A DNA stretch of 64,000 bases from contig JALDTO010000098.1 in NCBI GenBank assembly GCA_023515725.1, positions 1,902,961-1,966,960 of the forward strand. The letters run 5' to 3'. Every line of letters starts with the position of its first letter. The stretch's first letter is position 1. The position numbers were made by a program, and so were the translations under genes. The DNA is from Amoeboaphelidium protococcarum X5. Taxonomy: Eukaryota; Fungi; Aphelidiomycota. The notes under the pieces were generated by a model. That model worked only from the letters and a program-made list of their open reading frames with translations, was not told where the DNA came from and searched no databases. Positions 51,327 through 63,948 of the stretch are shown here, one piece after another.

Positions 51327-51475
51327 TTTAATAGAATATATACATGCTTTTAATGTGATTTTTTCCCAAGTATTTACTATGAGAATTCAGTGCTTTCGCT
51401 CCCTTCTAAACGTTATCTTTTGACCATACGCGACAATTCGAAGCTTTTATACTGCGATCTTAGCTGTTGAGAACA

Positions 51476-52243
51476 ATGGATGCCATTTCAGAGATGCAAT
51501 TGTGCGTCTAGCAGGTTAGATTTCAGTTTTAAGAAATAATTGATATAATAATATATATTATAAAGTTTTTGTACAGTAGTTAAAGTAATTGTATACCAAT
51601 TCATTGGGAGTATTGGCTTAGGAATGTCTGACCACTGATCTTGTTGGATCCGGCGATGAAGCCTAAGCTCTGGCAACTTTGAAAGCCTTGAATCGACTCA
51701 AGGCTGCTGGTGGTGGTGGTGACGGACAACTCATCTAAGCTGCTGGAGATACATCATAATAGAAGGATCCCTAGGAGATTGTAAAGAAGGAGAGAGAACA
51801 ATTAGCCAAATGCGAAAGTTTAGTACAATCATTATCTACAGACATTAGCAACGTGTCGCGGCGGATTCAAGATCTCATTGATGGATCACTACGCGCTGAA
51901 CTAATGGTGTCTACTGAATAAAATGATGGTGGTAACGCAGACTTTGATCTCACAGATCCTACTCGGGTAATTAATGCTCTACTGCTTTTCATCGTTCGAT
52001 AATGTACATTGTTAACTTAGTGTAGATTGAGAACATAGCGTCACTGGTGTCAACCATCACGCGTTTGGATGATTAAATTGACTAAGAACTATAAGGTTTA
52101 GGTATGGTTGAGTCATGCTCGCTGTATCTCCAACAATTTATTGATTACATGTAGATGAACTTGATCAAAAGATCGACAAAGTCAAGGCTGAAGTTGCACA
52201 AACTTTAAGTCTTGATTAAAGCGGCGAAATGCCTGGTAAATGA
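51476..52243 (+). CDS. MED21: Mediator subunit Med21/Srb7-like; three introns (51515-51579, 51967-52025, 52102-52154)
   Basis: Spliced product MDAISEMQLCVQQLKQLYTNSLGVLAQ...LSTDISNVSRRIQDLIDGSL...LDELDQKIDKVKAEV. All introns are GT..AG and the spliced frame stays open to TGA. Intron 1 has a NAGNAG acceptor (51576 or 51579). Confidence 0.65.
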
Positions 52244-52545
52244 TATTAATATTTAATGCATTAGAATATTTGCCGTGAATTTTCTTTTTAACATTGACAC
52301 AGTATAAAAGCGGAGAACTCGCCTCACCATGACAGCATTATTCTTTGTTGAATTTGAATCGCTCGCTGAATCTTTTTCGTTCGCAAATGCAAGAGAGAGA
52401 GTTGACAGACCAGCTCTGAAAATTATCAATTTACAAAACGGCAACTCTAAACGCGATTCATTTTCGTGCTTTGCTGCTTAGGCTAAATTATAGACTTGCA
52501 CACACGAGTAGTAATTATAATAATAATAAAAAGTTGACAAGAAAG

Positions 52546-53906
52546 ATGCCTCCTAAAAAGGTTGTTGAGCAGAAGCTGCTTTTGGGTAGACCATCCAATA
52601 ATCTCAAGATGGGTGTCGTCGGTCTGCCAAACGGTAAGTCGCGTTTATTATATGCACTTTTCAGCTGATCTCTAATATTTATATATCAATGTAAACTGAG
52701 TAAATGTATGTAGTTGGTAAGAGTACATTCTTTAATGCCATCACTAATAGTGCTGCGTCTGCAGAGAACTATCCCTTCTGTACGATTGATCCTGAAGAGT
52801 CGCGCGTCGCTGTGCCCGATGAGCGATTTGATTGGCTGTGCGACATGTACAAGCCGTCCTCTAAGGTTCCCGCCTTTCTCACTGTTATCGACATTGCCGG
52901 TCTGGTGAAGGGTGCATCTAGTGGTGCTGGACTTGGTAACGCGTTCCTATCCCACATCAAGGCTGTGGATGGTATCTTCCATGTGGTGCGAGCTTTCAGC
53001 GATGATGAGGTGACCCATGTCGAGGGTGAAGTTGATCCTATCCGTGATTTGAGCATTATCCACGAGGAGTTGAGATTGAAGGATATCGAATTCTTGTAGA
53101 ACCATCATGACTCGCTGGAGCCTATTGTTAGACGTGCCGGTAAGAATGCTGATAAGATTAAGGTTCTCGAGCTGGAGGTGACTGCGAAAGCACTTAAGCT
53201 GCTCTCCGAAGAAAAGAAGGATATCAGAACGTTCGAGTGGTCTAACAAGGAGATTGAGGTGTTGAATCCATTTCAGCTGATTACAGCTAAGCCAGTGGTG
53301 TATCTTGTCAATCTGTCCGAACGTGACTTTGTGCGCAAGAAGAACAAGTGGCTGGCCAAGATTAAAGCGTGGGTTGATGCGAATAGTAATGCCTCACTGT
53401 CAGCTGATGATGGGGATAAGACGAACGACTCTTACTACAAACCGCCTATTATTCCTCTGTCTGTCAAGATGGAGTACTAGCTGTCGACAGCTGCGAATGA
53501 CACGGAACGTTAGCAGTACCTCAAGCAGTTGTAGGAAAGTTGGCTGGAGGGTGCTGCTATCACGCCATAGAATGAAGTCAAGTCTCAGTTGCCGCGCATT
53601 ATCACCACTGGTTATTAGGCTCTGAATCTGGTCTATTATTTCACAGCTGGTCCTGATGAGGTTCGCGCTTGGACTCTGCGTCGATATACCAAGGCTCCTC
53701 AGGCTGCCGGTGTCATTCATACAGACTTTGAGCGTGGCTTCATTATGGCTGAAGTAATGAAGTTTGACGATTTGAAGGAGGCTGGTAATGAGAACGCTGT
53801 CAAGTCACAAGGTAAATATTTGCAGAAGGGTAAGGAGTACATTGTGGAGGATGGAGACATTATATTCTTCAAGTTCAATGTCACCACATCAGGTAAGAAG
53901 AAGTGA
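52546..53906 (+). CDS. OLA1: Obg-like ATPase Ola1/YchF; intron 52634-52713
   Basis: 'GVVGLPN|VGKST' joined across a GTAAGT..TAG intron. Also 'NYPFCTIDP', '[10 protein letters not shown]', '[11 protein letters not shown]', 'HTDFERGFI', 'YIVEDGDI'. Confidence 0.97.
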
Positions 53907-54006
53907 TCATGATTCACGTGGTAATGGTAAAAATATGAATACAGTCTTATTATAATAGTAGATCTTTTATTTACATTTATATCATCGTGGATAATGCTTT
54001 CAAAAT

Positions 54007-56250
54007 TCAATGATGGGACTAAGAATTTTTACCAAGACTTTAATTCCATTTTTAATATTATGATGTAGCAGGCATCTACCTAGAGGTTAAGGATGGCTTA
54101 TACTTTGACTTGGTCTTATCTTAAACCGCATAATTGCGTTGGCTTCTACTGAAAGCTCCAGTTGTAGCAGAATTGCTATTATGAGCGCTATTTAGAGGGT
54201 AAGAGGGAATCCTAGTAGACTATGAATAGACTCTATTGCCTGCAAATACAGAGGAGCGCAAATGCTTTTGAATAGTGCTTCTAACAAAATTAGCCGGATG
54301 TATAGGGAAAGATCCACCCTGAGGCCGGTAATCCCTTGACTAACTTCTCCAAAATTCAGCCTCCTTCATAGCGTGCTCCTTATCTTATCTATGCTGCTCC
54401 ACCATGAGATTCGCGTACTCGAGCTTCCTCTCCAACAGCTAGATTTTACTCTTCAACACGACAACTTCACTGCCTGATTCGTGTTAGTGATTTTACAACT
54501 TTCCATTGCCCATGATATGATTCTCCTTCTACTGCTGAATGCGAATTTACTAAACTTCCTGCTGTAGGTGAGAAATCATCTCGGACTACTTTTCAATCAC
54601 AGCCATCAGGCGATCAATAGTGTGTCGATGGTCATTGATATCCAACTGCTCTTTTACATCATCCGAACGTTCAAAGACAGGCGGGGCTTAATGTTCCATA
54701 TTTACTAAAGTAGGAGCTCTCGATATGGAAGGTTTCTACTGCAGGTGGACAAGGTCATCCTAAAGTAGATCATCATTAGCAGTAATATCAATATTAATTT
54801 GATGAGGAGGATTCTCACTAACAGCGACTTTCTAAAGTGGAGATTTGGCTTTATATTGCGGCGATGTCTGTTACATAGGAGGTTAGTATTGAGTAGGAGA
54901 ATACCACAAGTGATCTGCCGCAGTGACAACAGCAGCAGGCAATCGCTAATAGGAACGCTCAAACTCACACTTCTCCTCATCTTAATTCTCTTACAATACG
55001 ACATCATCCTCTGCGGGCAACTTTATCTCTTATGGCCCAAAGAGGCTATTTTCCAATTCAATATCTCGAAATTATGGATTAGCCTGACCATTCAATTTCA
55101 AACTACTGTTCTACTATTACTAAAGAGACGCTTTCAACTTTAATTCAGCTTCCTTGATCTGCTTAGTCAGGTCAGTATCAACATTTTAAAGATGTTTAGA
55201 AGAGGCTTACTACGTGAAATCTTCAGGATAGATTTCAGGCAGAGGCAAAGTCGGCTTTCTTTATCCACTATTCACATTAGCCGCAGACTTTGAAGACTTG
55301 CCTTGAGGTGTTTATATCACTTCAGGTAATCTCTTATAGACAGCTTTAGCATTCTTCTAATTAATACCTTGTGAGTCCAGCAGCATGGTCTCATCTGGCA
55401 TTTAAATAGGACGATTAAATAGAGCATGAAGTTCAGGATCATCAATCTGACTGACAGCCGGCAACTTATAAGACTTCACCTTTAACTTTGGCACCAGAAC
55501 ATTCGAGGCATTCATTGTTATATTTTACAGATTCTAATCTACTCTCGCAAGCTCTTTATTCAGATTAGCCTCGACATTTTTCAAGTAAGACTTGATATCC
55601 ACCATGGAATCAGATGATGTGGTTGAATGAACGGATCCATCAGGAGACTTGATATCCACAATGTTATTCTATAATGGTTTTTAAGAAGACACCAAATCAT
55701 CACCCTTCTTACGTTCATTGTCCTCACTGAATTACACAGTTTGAACGTGAGCTTCATGACTCTAATATGACTACGACTACAAGACTTGTTCAGTTTCTGC
55801 AGGAAGTATAGCAGCTTACACGGCATTATCTTTATCGCTAGTTACAGAGTGCCTCATACTTATGTCCATGCTCATATTGAGAGCATCATCCAGTGCTGCA
55901 TCAATACCAGCAATATCTAAACTTGTGGAATTCTGTTGCTAGTTAGTCTTGTCCATAGACTAATGTCCATTCTAATTAAGATGCTCATCCATATGAGATA
56001 TATTTCCAAGAGACATGTCCGCACTAAACGTCAAGTTATCCACTCTACCAATAGATTCATCTTAATTAAACGCTTAACTTAATGGCTACTATGAACTCCC
56101 ATTCTGTTCAGTGAGAGGCATCTGATTGGTCAATGAAAAATCCGCATCATTAAACGATAAAGACACATCTTGCAGGGCATCATCAATATCCTTCAATGCC
56201 TACTAAGCCTTCTAATTTAACTCTTACAAACTACTCTCTTGCTGGTCCAT
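54007..56250 (-). CDS. Hypothetical Gln/Ser-rich coiled-coil protein
   Basis: About 747-codon frame from MDQQESS to TGA 54007-54009 (both ends read). Coiled-coil segments 'IDRLMAVIEKQSEMISHLQQEVQQ' and 'LKSKIQLLERKLEYANL'. Confidence 0.6.
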
Positions 56251-56963
56251 AATCTAATTCTGATGTGAATGAATATGAGTGCAAAATAATACACAAACTA
56301 GAATTGAATTTATAGTCTGCACTGTACAGTTCAAGCAACAACACTGAATGAAACAACTTGAAACACGCTCGTAAACTTGAAAGGAAAAGAAGAAATACAG
56401 TAGTTTGAGCTTTCCGGTACAAAGCAAAAGCATACTGTAGAGAATAAACGTTAACGGTAGAAATACTGAAACAAACGCTATCTAGATTAATTGTTATGGG
56501 TCCTATGATATCGTACGAGTAAAAGCGTCATCACGTCATTCTGACCTCCACTAGCGATATCGCCAAGATGGTTACCAAGTGTATTATCATTCAATTATTA
56601 AATTAAAGTGATACATCAGTAATAAGATAAGTATGATATACAATTTAATATACTCTGTCCCGTTTCACTCATAGGCGCAAGGAATAAATATTACGCGTTG
56701 TGTCACATGATCTCTGTTTGATCAGCTGCAACATGGAAATCACTTGATGGTTGGCTGAATCTGAAAATGTGAAACATCGAAATTTCCTTTTTCGTCGCAA
56801 TCACACGCACATTCAAACAAAAAAAATTCGATTTTATTTTAGTGTTTGTCGTGCAAAGCTTCTTTTCATCTCTCTGCTTCATTATCTACAGTACATTGCA
56901 GTTATTACAATCAAACACTCTGACATTTTAGTAATCTGATCAAACAGTGGTGGTAATTGAAGA

Positions 56964-58484
56964 ATGGCAATGCATAGAAAGTAAAGAAAAGAGGATAATC
57001 AAGAAGGATAATAGTAAGAGTAGCAAGATTGGGTTGGATAGCGGGAGTAGGTAGTATCTATGGCAAATAATCTGGCTGATTAAGATTATAAAAAGTCAGA
57101 TGATCTGGTCTCTGCCACTTTGGTTGGATAGTAACAACATGCAAAGTTTGCGATGAAGCATCATTAAATGTCATAAAAGATTATTTTGAAGAAGCCTGCA
57201 CCATTAGATTTAAAGTATCACGGTAACTAATAACGAGATGCTGATGATCATTTGAAATTGAGTAGACCGTAGTTTCCATCGGGAGAGTTGTTGTTGTGTG
57301 ATGATAGTCATACGGCATCGTCATCGCCTGTGATAGAGATTTCGAATTTGAATCTGGTAGATTAGTCTTAGACGTAGATTTTGTATCAGTAACATACTCA
57401 CGCGGTGGATAATGGTATCATTACGCCTAATAACGATGATATATATCGGGGGAGGAGTAAATCTCTGCTTGGATCATATGAAGAATCTATTATAAATGGA
57501 AGAATGTCAACTTGTCCATCTCGACCTATTGCATTCATATGTGATTTGGGTGTGATATCTGTCTCTGGTGGCTCTGATGGTAGATTTTCTTCATCTAAAA
57601 ACAACAACAACAATAATGGTGGTGGAGGGAAGAGTAGGAAGAAGAGCTAGCGAAAGTTCAAGACTCCATCTCATGTGATGATCCCCTTCAAGGCATCTTA
57701 TTATTAGTATGGACTCTCTTCTGGTGATTTTAGTGCATCAGGTCTTAATGTGGCGTCGTCTTCTGCCAGGCCAGATTCTCCTCTTCCTCGATCGAATTGC
57801 TCTGGCTAGTCATCTCTCCTTGGGCGTGTCTTAACCTCATCATCATAATTACGAACTTGGAAATAATCTCTCGAAGACAATTCGTCATAGTTGGATTTCA
57901 GCTTTGTCTCATCAAGTCCATACACTGGTATCATTCAGCTTAGCGATGCTGTATCTGTCAAATCTAGAATGTCTCTCGATGCTTAATCATCAGCTGGTAA
58001 CGCGTCTTCGGTGCTCTCGACATCATCTCCAGTGACATCTTTCGCCAAAGTGTCAAGTCCTCTCGGATATCGTATTCCTGCGCGAGGCCGTCTGTAGGTG
58101 ATGATAAAGAATACTGAACATGGTGGCAGTGTGGCCAAGTTGTTCTTTGTCTCGTATGATCTCAGCGATATTCCAGATAACTAATCGTCTGTAATGATCC
58201 GTCAGCGTCAGTATATAAAGCTCCAAGACGGTGGTAGAGGTGCTCTGAGACACGCGATATAGATCAGTTTCTCCATCTCAAGGCGAAGTTGTATGAAGCG
58301 GCGAAAATCTATAAGCGCCAAGGTGCAGACTGATGGCAGCGGTGGTGACAATGTGTAGATGGATGAAGATTTGGAACTCATAGAAGAATATCGGTATTAC
58401 GTGTCAAAAGCGATGCGGGTAGTATTTTATCCAGCTCCACCCGAAGAGGAGTACGAAATTGTTCAAGACTATATTCGTTCATGA
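56964..58484 (+). CDS. Hypothetical intrinsically disordered Ser/Gln-rich protein
   Basis: About 506-codon frame with TAR-encoded Gln, ending 'YVSKAMRVVFYPAPPEEEYEIVQDYIRS*'. No family recognised. Confidence 0.6.
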
Positions 58485-58552
58485 ATCATCTATCCTACAT
58501 CTGTCTCTCAATATAATGGCTCAATTACTCTTCTAAAATCGGCTTTTTACTT

Positions 58553-59386
58553 TCACTTGACCTTTTTGAATTTTAGATTAGTAGCACTAGCAGCAGCTTA
58601 TTTCACTTGTATTTTAGACGTTACAGATCTTGACTAACTTAAACTTTTATACAAAATAATGACAGCAGATGTGATGGAGAAGAGAAAGCCATACAATGAT
58701 GCAGACGTCAGAATGATATCAGCGCGAGTTAGCTTCTAAAGCCACTAACTCTACTAAGATTAGAGACTGTCGAGGTGTACATAGTCAGCTATAAAGGAAC
58801 TCTTCCCCACAAGAGCATAATCTACAAAGTGTCCAACAACTGTAAATACATTAGCGATAGTCTATGAAGACTTTAAAGGTTCCATAAAGGCAGTCAGAAC
58901 GCGACCAGATGCCATTAGCACCCCAACAATTGAGAAGATAACATCCCAGAGCTGTATTCTGTCATTAGATTTAACTAAATTCCTGGCTGATAGCAAAGTC
59001 ATTAAAGGCAGTAGCGTTAGATTGCTTAAGCATAAAATGGACTTTGAGACGAGAATATCAGCAGCGTATCGATTTAAAGCATAGTATAGAATACTGAAAT
59101 AGACTACGATAGCAGATTGAACATTAATCTAATCCCTCTTAATACATGACATGCACAGCGATATAATATTAAAAGCTATCAATGGATACAACTCGCCATA
59201 AAGCCAAACTGATAAATTATTCAAATGACTGCAGAACCACAGACTTAGAAGTAAATGCGACGTCTCAACCACAATAATACCAATATTAACTTTAGAATTA
59301 CGTGCAGCATTCAGCTGTGGCAATTTACAAATCGATCCCAACAAAACAACAGCTCTTGACACTTGAAGTACTACCAGTTCTTTCAT
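58553..59386 (-). CDS. PQ-loop membrane protein (MPDU1/PQLC3-like)
   Basis: 'GSICKLPQL' PQ loop, 'YGE', about 7 hydrophobic segments, basic dilysine-like C-terminus 'KFKKVK*'. Confidence 0.65.
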
Positions 59387-59822
59387 TTCTACTTCTATCT
59401 GTACTTCAATCCGTATATAATCAATATGAGGTCATTAAGCTTTTAGTTTATCAGCACGTAAACGGGACGAGAAACAAGATGAATCTCAAACGATCAATAA
59501 TCATTTATCGCACTCACCTCTTAAGACAAGATGATCGTCGAAAAGCGACACAGTTCTCCGCAAATTTAATATAATTTATCTCCTTCGCAGTAGAAAACAA
59601 TTTAATCAAATCAAGCTTATCTCAAACTCAGAACAGAACCGGGCAGAGACAGTCTGTCAGTGATGATAAAACAATTTAACAAAAACTTAAAAGATTACTT
59701 GAAGTCACGCGCGCGTATCTCTTCTTTTTCTCTCCCTTTTACTGTACTTTTGATGTTCGATTGATCTGATTGAGAGAGAGTGATTGAGTGATAGTTGGAG
59801 TCTGTCTGTCTCTTGATACAAA

Positions 59823-60164
59823 ATGCCAAAAGATGACGCGTATAAGAGTGTAGTGCGCAAGTCTTTGAATTTAAAAGGCGGTAGCAAGCAGGTACCTTAT
59901 AAGAAGAAATCATAAAATTTGGTATCAAAACCATCTGCTGCAGAAGAGTAAATTTCTACTATCCATCCTAAATAATAATAATAAGAATTGCGTATTAAAA
60001 TGACAGATTCGGAGAGATAAGCGTAAGAGATACGACGGAAGCGGCTGATGGATAAACTGCCCGAATTGGCTAAAGAAACTCACGTGGAAAGGGTATAACG
60101 TCTAAATAAGAAATTGGAGAAATTGACTGAACATCACGATGTTCCCAAAGTTGGTCCAGGTTGA
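59823..60164 (+). CDS. FAM32A: FAM32A/DUF1754 family protein
   Basis: MPKDDAYKSVVRKSLNLKG...MTDSER...[29 protein letters not shown]. Confidence 0.88.
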
Positions 60165-60367
60165 TTATTATTAATGTCTGCACTATGTATCGTTAATATG
60201 GTTCATGTTTATTATACCGTTTCTGCCTCTTGTTTTATCAAACTGGTTTATCTCACTCGTACTTTTTTTCAATTTGCCCTGTTCTCTTTTTATTATCAAA
60301 CGCGGGACTGTTCTGACTGCTAGTATATGTAATACAAATCTACTGTAGTATCAATCACTATATAAAG

Positions 60368-61471
60368 ATGAAGTCCTCATTTCTAGCCTTTGATTTTTAT
60401 AAGAATTATGAAACTCGATTTCTACTAGTTACTATTGGATTATTGGCTGCTCCAATGTTGATGATGAAAATTCTGATATGGTTAATGCGGATCATTGCTC
60501 CCTCGACACATCCTTTGACTAGAAGCGAGGCTAAATGGTACTGTTGTAGTAGTAATTCTATTGAGGATAATGAACAATAGTTACCTGTTGATATATCGAG
60601 TTAAACTAAAGAACAATCCAAGTACGATCTTTCTGTAATAATTCCTGCTTATAATGAACAGAGTAGAATAGCTGCCATGCTTGGTCCGTGTGTTGAAACT
60701 CTGGTGTAAATGGGATTAAAAAGTGAGATTATAGTGGTTGATGATGGTTCTAAAGATGAGACATTGGACGTGGTGGTGGAATTCATAAAAGCTCTAGATT
60801 ACACTACTAGGCACCGACTGATATCAATGAAAGTGCTCAAACTTGACACTAATCGGGGTAAAGGACGGGCGGTGACTTGTGGAATGTTATGCGCCTCTGG
60901 AGAGTTGTGCCTATTTGCTGATGCTGATGGTGCTACTGAATTTTCTGATTTATCTAAACTTATTTCTAGTATTAAAAGAAAATAATAATAATAAAATTAA
61001 GTTGAGCGAGATAATGAGGATGGCAATAATGTTGATATCGCTATTGGGAGTAGAGCGCATCTGGTCAAGACTGACAGTGTGGTGAAGAGATCGCGAATGC
61101 GGAATCTTTTAATGCTAGCCTTTCACCTGGTTCTATACTGCCTGTCTACACCGTACATTAGATAGATACATGACACTTAGTGTGGATTTAAATTGTTCAC
61201 TCGCCGTGCTGTACATCGAATATTTCCATTTATGCATTTAGAAGGTTGGCTCTTTGACATTGAACTGTTACATATCGCTTCATAGAAAGGTTTACGTTGT
61301 GCGGAAGTTCCTGTGGACTGGCATGAGGTGCCCGGTTCCAAATTGTCCATCATTAGAGATGCCATCAGGATGGCTGTGGATCTGCTTGAACTTCGTCTCT
61401 GCTATCTACTTGGAGTTTGGCGCGTAGACACTCTCACATCTTATCCACAATGGAGAAGAGTTCGAGAATGA
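60368..61471 (+). CDS. ALG5: Dolichyl-phosphate beta-glucosyltransferase
   Basis: '[10 protein letters not shown]', 'IVVDDGSKD', 'NRGKG', 'FADADGAT', 'IGSRAHL', 'DTQCGFKLF', 'GWLFDIE', 'WHEVPGSK'. Confidence 0.95.
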
Positions 61472-61743
61472 TTTTTGAAATATAGTAATACATTGTCTTT
61501 CAATAGAACAGATTTTGGTATTATGAATACACTTTGGGGGTTTTCATATCAAATGCTTTTATATGAGAATGTTCATTTAGAAATAGTACATCGCTGTAGT
61601 TATGATATCAATCGGATGATTGGTGGCAACAACTCTTGATCAACTAACAGCGCGAACTCTTTTCAGGTCGAAATCAGCCAGCGATTAAAAAAGCTTGACG
61701 AATTTTGAAATCGGCTTTTAGTCAATTTAGAATTGATTAAACT

Positions 61744-63453
61744 ATGTCAGATAATACTTCCAAGTAAGCGGATAATTAAATTGCGCGTTAAAGTGATATC
61801 AATGGATCTAGTTATTAAGCGGTGCGGCAATAGCTTTCATAGTAGGTGAAGCAGGGCAGTCATATCGATGTGCCATACAGTAAAAATTTGGCCGTTGACC
61901 GCATTAACAAGAGAGAGGATGATGTCCCTTTGAATATAGATCAAATAGAAATGAATGCTACAGACTTTGAAGCGCGTCGAATGTATTTGATTAAGCATGG
62001 AGTTCCGCTGTAAGTATAAGAAGACCATCAGTCACCCACCGGACGTGATGGCTCGCTTCTAGCCACTGCAACTAATAAAAGCGGTAAATAAGCAATTGCA
62101 AAGAAGCGTAAAGCTGAATAATAAGATCCTTTAAGTGGAAATTATCTCGGTCCATGGAGAGGATATCAAGATGATGATGACGATGGTGAGTCTGAATTGC
62201 AGAAATTTTTGCTCTAAAGAGATGGTGAAGATTCTGCAGCTTTACGCGATCTTTTACTGTTAGATAGAGATGCAGATCAGTAATAAAAACTTGTTGATTT
62301 AGACCAGAATTAATCACGCAAATATGCTAGCATATACTATGGTCCTTAGTCGCTTATGAATACCTGGTGGAAAGTACCTGGCAAGTAAGAGCTATAGGGC
62401 TCAACAGTCTCTAAAATTACAAGTCAAGTTTCTAAATGCAAGCACAACTTTTCAATACAGAGTGATAGTTCTTCTGTCAACGCGATAGATCTTTATCCGA
62501 ATAGTCATCACCTGCTACTTGCTGCCTACTCTTCTGGTATAGTTAGAGTGTGGAAGTTGTATGGCGATTATAAATTGCTGCGAGATTATCGTGTTATAGC
62601 CTCCACCTAACAGTAGAAAAAGTAATATAACCACTCTGTGACTGATGTCAAATTCCTAAGTGATGGACTCCGCTTTCTCTCATCTTCAAAGGATGGCGTT
62701 GTGCGGCTGTGGGATCTCAGAGATGGCCAGTGTCTGAAGCAGTTTGTATCAGATTAAGGTGCTCTGTCTCTTGCCGTGTTGAAGGATGATTCTGCTGATC
62801 GTTTTCTTAGTGGCTATGAAGATGGCTTAGTGAATGAGTGGAGTATAAGTTCCGGTGTGGTGTAGTGCGAATATAACAGTCATATTGCTAATGTTAATAA
62901 TCTATTGGCTCTTGATAGCTCTCACTTTGTTAGCACTTCAGCTGATGGCACTTTGCGTGTGTGGGAATGCGGACGCTATCGGACTATACGATTGTTTAAT
63001 ACAGAGAAAGATGGTGCTCAGGATGGTGTGGGCATTAACGGTAAAGAGAGTAATAATAACAAAAAGAGGAGGAAGAATAGTGTTGGCAGTAGATTTAATA
63101 TCACATCGATGGCTCTTCATCCTGAAGGGAAAGAGTTTGTAGTTTAGACATGCGATGGACTATGTAAGTTTAGCAATTCCAGCGATCAAAACTACAGGGT
63201 GAATAGAAAGTAGTTGTTCTCCATAGAAAGTACATCTATTGCCAAGTATCACTCAAGACTCTGTATATCCCCTGATGGTAAATATTTGGCCACTGGAGAT
63301 AATGATGGCCGCCTGATCATTTATGATTACCATACCACAGATATGGTGAGGAAGGCTAAAGCACATCAGACTTCCATAAATCAGGTGCTATGGACGCAAT
63401 AGTTTGGCATCCTGACTGCTTGCAAAGACTCCAATATTAAACTTTGGCAGTGA
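61744..63453 (+). CDS. CDC40: Pre-mRNA splicing factor Cdc40/Prp17-like WD40 protein (divergent)
   Basis: N-terminal 'FEARRMYLIKHG' and 'DPLSGNYLGPWRGY', then WD repeats 'LYPNSHHLLL...VRVWKLYG', 'FVSTSADGTLRVWE', 'ISPDGKYLATGDNDG'. Confidence 0.72.
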
Positions 63454-63485
63454 TATGTCAGCGGACTGAATAAACACTTATGTCA

Positions 63486-63948
63486 TCATTGCTTTCTAGA
63501 CTTCTTTCTATTCTTTGAAGAAGATTGTTTCTATGATGACTGCGGATTCTACTGAACGACTAGATTTCCACTCATAATGTCCTGCCTTTCCTCTTCCGTC
63601 TTGGCTGTATCGAGTTTATGCTATACCTTCTGCTAAGCATCAAAGTAGGCCATCAAGTCAGACACTTGATCATTCAAATCTTGGATTTAAACATCTTTTT
63701 GGCGTAAAATCTACTCCAAATTCTAAATCTTGTCTGTGTATGTCTTTTGATTAGTACGCAGTTGTTCATTCATTAGCAGTTCCTCTTTAAATTTATCTTT
63801 CAACTTTGTAATCTGCATCTGCAACTCTTAAATCTATTTATCTTACAAGGCACGACTATTAACAGATTCCTGGATTTATGACTTTAAATTTTCAATATGC
63901 TGCTCCATAAGCTTTACAGCATTCTCGAGCTGTTGATTTAATTACAGC
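63486..63948 (-). CDS. BRAP: BRAP2/Etp1 RING-finger protein, C-terminal coiled coil (partial)
   Basis: 'KFKEELLMNEQLRTNQ...KDVQIQDLNDQVSDLMAYFDAQQKV...EERQDIMSGNLVV...KNRKKSRKQ*' matches the BRAP2 C-terminus. Confidence 0.75.
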
